Shown here: positions 58,286 to 64,000 of the stretch, piece by piece
Layout: each line of letters opens with the position of its first letter
Position numbering within the stretch: position 1 is the stretch's first letter
NCBI GenBank assembly: GCA_965140445.1
Contig: OZ223236.1
Location: 992,001 to 1,056,000 of the forward strand
Direction: 5' to 3'
Source of the DNA: Candidatus Ozemobacteraceae bacterium
Lineage (GTDB): Bacteria; Muiribacteriota; Ozemobacteria; Ozemobacterales; Ozemobacteraceae
DNA: 64,000 nucleotides
Made by a program: the position numbers and the translations under genes
Notes under the pieces: generated by a model
Seen by the model: only the letters and a program-made list of their open reading frames with translations
The model's database searches: none
Told to the model about the DNA's origin: nothing

Positions 58286-59575
58286 GTGGTTAATAGAAGG
58301 GGAGTTTGGCTTTTCCTCGCTTTGTTTTATGTTGTTGTCGCATTTTGTGGATGCGGTGGCTCAGGTGGCGGCGGAGGCTTGACAAGCGGTGTTATTCCAA
58401 CTGCTGGAAAAACTCAGGTTCTTGTGACCGTTGGCTCAAGTCGGATATATTCCAGTAGATCTACTGCTGTTACAGTTTATGTAAAAGACGAATACGGCCG
58501 CGCAGTTTCTGATAAGAACGTAATGCTCTCTGCTCTTTTAGGTGGAGAACTTGATCCGGTTTCCGGAAGCACCGAAAATGGCTATTTTTATTCAAGATAT
58601 ACTGCAGGACCAGGCGCTGGAACTGAGGGTATAACTGCCATGGCTCTCGGAAATGTAGGTACCACTTCTATAATAATTTCCTCACAAATTGCAACTCCAG
58701 GAATTTCTATTGTTACCGGTGCTTCAAGGGTCGGACCAGGAAAGAAAACAACAATTGCAGTTTTTGTTTCCAGCAATGGCGAACCGGTTCCTGAGGCGGA
58801 TGTATCTCTTAGCTCCTCAATTGGCGGAGAATTTGGCGAGTCCAAAGGGGTTACTGATAAAGCGGGCTGGTATGTGACAACCTATACTGCCCCGGAAAAT
58901 GTAACCGCCCAGGATTCTGTTTCGGTTCTCTCACTTGGTGTAGCAACACAAACTATAATTTCAATTGCCAATCAAGCACCGGCTAGTTTGACTGCAAAAC
59001 TTAAGCTTTTTCCAGATGCGGTTTTTACCGGGCAAGCCTGTTTGGTTTCAGTCATTTTAACTGATGCCAATGGAAATCCGGCAAACGCAGATGTGAGTCT
59101 AGTTTGTGATTATTCTGGTAAATGGGATGACAATTCGAAAGAGTCTTATACTGCAACTGTAGTTAATGGCTTTCATCAAACGGATTTTACTGCCGGAAAA
59201 GAAGTAGGATCGGCAACAATTTCAGTGAACAGTTTTAACGGAATTTTGGCTTCGGCTGTTTTATCTATTGAGAAGCCAACGGTTAAGGTTCAGCTTTCAA
59301 TGGCTGACACTAAGGTTAAAAGAGGCAACAAGCTGCCTTTATCTGTTTTTGTCAGCGATGAGCTTTTGCGACCTTACACCGGGATGCCTGTACAGCTGAC
59401 TTCATCACTTGGTGGAGTGTTCAAGGATAATTCAGATAGCACAATTAGTGGTGGTGACACCAATGATAATGGAATTTTTATTGCATTTTTTGAGCCTGGT
59501 AATACTTCAGGCACAACTATTTTGACCGCTTATTCAGAGGGAACGGTTGCCAGTAAGTCGGTGTTGATATGGTAA
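58286..59575 (+). CDS. Lipoprotein with about four invasin/Big_1-like Ig repeats
   Basis: Lipobox-like FCG|C, Gly linker, repeats V.V.D..G..V....V.L....GG.....G.T..G.....YTA; GTG start with GAGGT SD. Confidence 0.75.
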   Translation: MVNRRGVWLFLALFYVVVAFCGCGGSGGGGGLTSGVIPTAGKTQVLVTVGSSRIYSSRSTAVTVYVKDEYGRAVSDKNVMLSALLGGELDPVSGSTENGYFYSRYTAGPGAGTEGITAMALGNVGTTSIIISSQIATPGISIVTGASRVGPGKKTTIAVFVSSNGEPVPEADVSLSSSIGGEFGESKGVTDKAGWYVTTYTAPENVTAQDSVSVLSLGVATQTIISIANQAPASLTAKLKLFPDAVFTGQACLVSVILTDANGNPANADVSLVCDYSGKWDDNSKESYTATVVNGFHQTDFTAGKEVGSATISVNSFNGILASAVLSIEKPTVKVQLSMADTKVKRGNKLPLSVFVSDELLRPYTGMPVQLTSSLGGVFKDNSDSTISGGDTNDNGIFIAFFEPGNTSGTTILTAYSEGTVASKSVLIW

Positions 59576-59586
59576 CCCGAGGAATT

Positions 59587-60015
59587 ATGAAAAAGAATAA
59601 TGTTTCAGTAATAACTTTTCTTGTTGCTCTGGTTGTTTTGCCAATTTTTCTCATTGGCTGCGGGGCAGGAAGTGGCTCTTCTGTTACAGGCTTCTCGAAC
59701 GGAGCTGGTTATAATATTAGTCTTACTGTTCCTGAAACTATCAGGCCCGGTGGAACTGCCGTTATAAGAGCTCAAGCTTTAGATCCTCTTGGATTACCTG
59801 TTCCTGATGGAACAAAAGTAACGTTTTCAGCAAACATTGGAACCATTGATCAAAATGAAGTTGAAACTGTAATGGGCTTTGCTGTCTGTACTTATTCTGC
59901 ACCAAAGGATGATAACTCAGAAAATCCAATGCCTCCAACTCTGGACAAGGTTTCAGCATATGCATTGGGAGCTCTTGTTTGGTCTGAAGATATAACCATT
60001 ACTTATGGTTTCTAG
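59587..60015 (+). CDS. Lipoprotein with a single Big_1-like Ig domain
   Basis: Lipobox LIG|C; D..G.PVPDGT.VTFSA..G. Confidence 0.75.
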   Translation: MKKNNVSVITFLVALVVLPIFLIGCGAGSGSSVTGFSNGAGYNISLTVPETIRPGGTAVIRAQALDPLGLPVPDGTKVTFSANIGTIDQNEVETVMGFAVCTYSAPKDDNSENPMPPTLDKVSAYALGALVWSEDITITYGF

Positions 60016-60024
60016 GAATAGAGG

Positions 60025-61893
60025 ATGAGGATGATAAATAATTTAAAAAACAAAACTAGTTTCTGGAAAATATTTTTGACCTTATTTCTGGTTATTGGTT
60101 TAGCATTTAATGTGGCTCTTGCAGAAGATGATGAGGACAGCTCGGATGATGAATCTGATGAACCGGAGCAGAGTGAAGAAATTGATGAGGCTAAAGAATT
60201 GCCAATTATTGCCTCTCCAACATTTGTTCAGGATGGCAAGGAATTGCTAAAACTTTTTTCAGACAAATCTCCTGCAAGTTCTGCACAGACACTTAAGCTT
60301 GACGATTATTATGCGGATCAGGTTATTTCAACTCGTTATATGACCAGTAAAAATGGCCGCACTACAACCTGGTTTTTAATGTATACCCGCAGTGCAGATA
60401 TTATTGAAACTTTGACAACTATGTTTGAGGGTGAGATTTCCGATGGCGATTTAAAAATTGCTCAGAACCCTACTACCAATGCCATCATTGTCAGGGGTAA
60501 AACAAAAGACAGTCCACTTGTAAAAGAAGTTCTTGAACTCATTAGAAGCTTGGATTTTAGAACTGGACAGGTTCTGATTGATGTTTTGGTGGTTGAACTC
60601 ACAATTTCAGATGAAGATATGTTCAATCTTGAACTTAAGGGACTTGCTAAAAATCCTCTTGGAATGGGTGCTACAACTGGAATTGGTGCTGTAGATCATG
60701 GGGTTATTGATTTAAACAATCCACTTGCCTCTGCCAATGGATTTAAATCTCTAGTGGTTGCGCAGGATAAGTGGAAACTTTTTGTTAATGCTTACAAAAA
60801 TAAGAAAAAAGCCAATATTATTTCTTCCCCACATATTGTTGCTGCGAATCATCGAAAATCTACCTTTAAAATTGGGGATCAGGTTCCATTGATTACATCG
60901 GTACGCCCTTCCGATGCAGGCCCAATTAAAACTTTTGAAGTTAAAGAAGTGGGAATTGAGCTTAGTGTCACTCCACATATTAATAGAAGTGGCCAGATAG
61001 ATATGGAGGTTTTCCAGTCTATCAACAATATTAAATCCTATAATCCAACTGAGGGAACTGCTGAGATGTCCAATCGTGAGGTTGAAACAAACATTACTCT
61101 TGGCAATGGCGAAACCCTTATTCTGGGTGGATTTATAGAGCAAAAAACGCGACTGGATGAACAGCGAATACCACTGCTTAGCAATATTCCTTTCATTGGC
61201 AAAGCTTTTACTAAAAAACAGAAAACTATTGATAAAACTGAGCTGCTTGTATTTCTCACTCCTCGATTGCTTGAAACTAAAGAAGACAACCAGCAGGTGG
61301 TCAGAGCAAAGACTGATTCTATCTCACAAAAGGATAAGGTAAGAAAGATCCTTGACGAGAGGCGAAAAGCGGCTAAATTCAAATTACCGGAAGGTGTTGA
61401 GGTTATAATTCCTAGAGAATCCAGGGGTTGGCTGTACGACTTTGATACGAAACAGATAGAAGACATAGTATGGGAGGTGCCGCCAAAAATGGATCCGTCA
61501 AAATTGCGATTGCTTAGATACGGCTCCTGCCCATTTGCCTATGGTGAGTCCAAAAGTTTGAAACCTCCATTTATCAAGACGTTGCTGCGTCCTTCGGAAG
61601 GCTTTGTTTTCTATAAAGAATTTACAGTGAATGATCCTGATAAATTCCGCAGCCTTATCCTTAAGGTTGCCAGTTGTAATGCAGCAGCTGTTTATTTAAA
61701 CGGTGTATTAATTGATGAAGACCCTATGATCAAACTAAAAGATGGTCATGATTTCGAATACTGGAATCGGATCAAGGAGGATATCCCCCCAGATCTAATG
61801 GTTCCGGGTGTGAACAATGTCACAGTTTTCCTCGGCAACGATAAATCTACAACCGACGGATACTTTGACATGTCACTGGAAGGAATTAAATAA
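60025..61893 (+). CDS. Short secretin (GspD/PilQ family) with a C-terminal jelly-roll-like extension
   Basis: QVLIDVLVVE, SSPHIV, IGDQVP, GIELSVTPHI, LILGG, IPLLSNIPFIG, ELLVFLTPR. Confidence 0.92.
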   Translation: MRMINNLKNKTSFWKIFLTLFLVIGLAFNVALAEDDEDSSDDESDEPEQSEEIDEAKELPIIASPTFVQDGKELLKLFSDKSPASSAQTLKLDDYYADQVISTRYMTSKNGRTTTWFLMYTRSADIIETLTTMFEGEISDGDLKIAQNPTTNAIIVRGKTKDSPLVKEVLELIRSLDFRTGQVLIDVLVVELTISDEDMFNLELKGLAKNPLGMGATTGIGAVDHGVIDLNNPLASANGFKSLVVAQDKWKLFVNAYKNKKKANIISSPHIVAANHRKSTFKIGDQVPLITSVRPSDAGPIKTFEVKEVGIELSVTPHINRSGQIDMEVFQSINNIKSYNPTEGTAEMSNREVETNITLGNGETLILGGFIEQKTRLDEQRIPLLSNIPFIGKAFTKKQKTIDKTELLVFLTPRLLETKEDNQQVVRAKTDSISQKDKVRKILDERRKAAKFKLPEGVEVIIPRESRGWLYDFDTKQIEDIVWEVPPKMDPSKLRLLRYGSCPFAYGESKSLKPPFIKTLLRPSEGFVFYKEFTVNDPDKFRSLILKVASCNAAAVYLNGVLIDEDPMIKLKDGHDFEYWNRIKEDIPPDLMVPGVNNVTVFLGNDKSTTDGYFDMSLEGIK

Positions 61894-61899
61894 AATAGA

Positions 61900-63681
61900 A
61901 TGAAAAAAGAGGCAAACAGAGAGAGGATAGGGATTTTTATAATCCTGTTGGTTGTGTTTTTGTCTTCCATGGTAGGAGCGTCAGAAGTAGTTGAACAAAA
62001 GACTCGTAAGGACGTTAGTATTCGCTGGAATGGCAGAAATACCAAATTTGCGCTTTTTCAGCACGCCCAGAATCCTTTGCAATGGTATTGCGTGAACCTT
62101 AACCCTGAAATTGACGAATACGAGAGAGCGGGAAAGAAAATTCCTGCTTTTAGTCTCATAAAATTTCAGAGAACCGACATGAAGAAACCTGACACCTTTA
62201 TTGAAGGTGCTCGCATGAGTTTTACCTTCAAGCTTTCCCCCGAGCAGGATGTCCTGGATAAGCTAAAGCAGAAGCTTCCATTTGATGTCCGCAAAAAGGG
62301 AAATTTAAGACTTGATCCTCTTCCTGTTGAGGGAATGAAGCTTATTTTGAAATCCCCCAGGGGAAAGGATGTTGAAGCTGTTGCATCGGAATCAGTTGGT
62401 CTTGGACAGAAAAACTCTTCGCAAAGGGTAACCTTTGTTTTGACTTTGGATGATATGAATTCTGATCTGGTAGAAGAGATAATAGGCGATGGGTTGGGAG
62501 TTCAGTTTAAACTGCAATACAACCTGTTTTTTATGGGAAAACCGCAGAAGCTAAATGTAAAAGTAAATTGGGATAAAATTGAGCGCCAACTTGGAAGAAA
62601 AAACTTTGATGTTTCTCGTTATGTGAAAGTAAAAGGAAGCTCTGGGGTTGAACTGGACAAGCGAACTCTTCGATTGATTGAGCAGCAGGCAAGGGCTTCT
62701 CAGAAGTCCCGAATGAAATCAAGTAAATCTATATTTAATGAACCCAGGCCAGGCTCTAGTTCTAAGGATGATAAAAAGGCGGGTTCAATTCGCGACAGAA
62801 AGCGCGGGCCCTCAAGTCGTGACAGGAATTATAGATCTAGAAGCAGAAAAAAAACTGCTCAAATGGAACTTGAAAGATATGAAAAAGCTGGTGGTTTCAT
62901 TGATGTTGAAGGCCAGTTAAGTTTAGCCAAATACCCAAAAAAGATTAGAGAGTCTCTTGTTTTTAATGAAACTTCGAGAACTGGAATCTGGAAGATGGTT
63001 TATTTGCCTCTGCCTCCAATTGATGCCCCACCAGAGTTGGCAGTAGAAAAAGTGGATTTAAGCGTAACTTTGCTTAAGGGTAGCAGGGTTATTGAAAGAC
63101 AAAAATATATCTGGAAGCATGGACAAGGATGGCGAGACATTAAAGATGTGCCAGTTATTTATGGCAGATTTGAGCTTCCTGGAAAATTTGAAGATTTTGA
63201 AAAACTAAGATTTCGTATTCAGTCGGTGTTAAAAGAAGAAACCGGAGATGTTCTGGAAGGGGATAAGTATATTCCTGCAATTCTTGGTGACACTCCTATT
63301 TCTGATCCGTTTCATATTGCGGATATTGCATGTCTGGACTTTTCAGCGCTTGATTTTAATGTACCAGAGGAGAATGGTGACAAGCACCTCAGGTTTATTG
63401 ATGTTAAGTTGCAGGAGGGTGACAGGGTGTATTCAAAAAGAATAATGCCTGTTGAAGATGATGAAGAGCTGTTGCCACCACCTCCAATTTATTGGTTTGT
63501 GAGCACGGCTGATTGTGCGAAACCTTTGCCTGTAGTGGCAGAGATCGTGTTTTACTATTCTGTTTACGGAGATCATTTCCCTGTGGAGTGGTCTTATAAT
63601 GGGGAGGACCTGAGAGAAGCTTTTGGTGCGCCAGTAGTGGTGTTTACTCAAGAGGACTGGAAGGGATTTCCCGAAAATTAA
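61900..63681 (+). CDS. Hypothetical secreted protein (593 aa)
   Basis: Signal peptide, central K/R/S-rich insert; paralogous to the next ORF. Confidence 0.75.
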   Translation: MKKEANRERIGIFIILLVVFLSSMVGASEVVEQKTRKDVSIRWNGRNTKFALFQHAQNPLQWYCVNLNPEIDEYERAGKKIPAFSLIKFQRTDMKKPDTFIEGARMSFTFKLSPEQDVLDKLKQKLPFDVRKKGNLRLDPLPVEGMKLILKSPRGKDVEAVASESVGLGQKNSSQRVTFVLTLDDMNSDLVEEIIGDGLGVQFKLQYNLFFMGKPQKLNVKVNWDKIERQLGRKNFDVSRYVKVKGSSGVELDKRTLRLIEQQARASQKSRMKSSKSIFNEPRPGSSSKDDKKAGSIRDRKRGPSSRDRNYRSRSRKKTAQMELERYEKAGGFIDVEGQLSLAKYPKKIRESLVFNETSRTGIWKMVYLPLPPIDAPPELAVEKVDLSVTLLKGSRVIERQKYIWKHGQGWRDIKDVPVIYGRFELPGKFEDFEKLRFRIQSVLKEETGDVLEGDKYIPAILGDTPISDPFHIADIACLDFSALDFNVPEENGDKHLRFIDVKLQEGDRVYSKRIMPVEDDEELLPPPPIYWFVSTADCAKPLPVVAEIVFYYSVYGDHFPVEWSYNGEDLREAFGAPVVVFTQEDWKGFPEN

Positions 63682-63729
63682 GGGATTTTCGCCGAAAGGC
63701 GTTAGTTAAGATAAATAAGGAGATAGGGT

Positions 63730-64000
63730 ATGAGAAAATTTTGTTTGTTTTTCTTAGTACTGGCCAGTTTTGTGGCCTTGGTGGGGACAGAATGTCAGGC
63801 TCAGCCTGCGATTGCTTCTGAATACTCAGATACAGTCGTCGTAACAATTGATGGGGATCAGGAACCGGTTTCTGTAGTAAGAGACATTAAAAATGAATTG
63901 ATGTGGTATTACGTGCCATCAAGATTGAGAATCGCTATGCATGGCGAAACTCCTGCTTTCCAATTCGTGCAGTATCAGAGAAAAGATCCTAAAAATCCTG
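63730..64000 (+). CDS. Hypothetical secreted protein, 3'-truncated paralogue of 61900
   Basis: AAGGAG SD; my translation MRKFCLFFLVLASFVALVGTECQA...WYYVPSRLRIAMHGETPAFQFVQYQRKDPKNP, open to the window end. Confidence 0.8.
   Translation, partial: MRKFCLFFLVLASFVALVGTECQAQPAIASEYSDTVVVTIDGDQEPVSVVRDIKNELMWYYVPSRLRIAMHGETPAFQFVQYQRKDPKNP

Noticed and set aside
63690..63702. CGCC-GAAA-GGCG hairpin as a c-di-GMP riboswitch
   Set aside because: Lacks the other GEMM elements and the intergenic space is too short

Overview
AT-rich chromosomal window from a flagellated diderm (LPS-making) bacterium with Firmicutes-like gene order. A deep-branching lineage such as Ca. Riflebacteria is my guess only, not verified. 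No CRISPR array, rRNA, transposase or prophage was seen. Contents in order: smc 3' end and ftsY; a pilin cassette with a Skp-like chaperone and a 1565-aa secreted protein; four tRNAs and tilS; a second pilin triad; a sigma28-type operon encoding a lipoprotein cytochrome c, an unknown protein and motAB; a type IV filament assembly operon (PilB, PilC, five G/H/I/J/K-like pilins, fused PilMN, PilO); another pilin cassette with an 844-aa K/X-like pilin; a divergent DnaB-like helicase with an N-terminal Zn ribbon and Pro-rich tether; bamA-skp-lpxD-(YjbH-like)-lpxC/fabZ-lpxA; comF-flgM-flgN-flgK-flgL-fliW-csrA-fliC with greatly enlarged FlgL and flagellin; a sigma54-type trx plus CoADR-rhodanese-TusA-DsrE operon; and an orphan secretin locus with Ig-like lipoproteins, a secretin carrying a C-terminal jelly-roll domain and tandem unknown secreted paralogues. 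Best candidates for undescribed biology: the secretin locus, the four alternative pilus tip cassettes around one motor, the Zn-ribbon DnaB paralogue, and the cytochrome c/stator operon. All calls come from reading motifs by eye; no searches were run.
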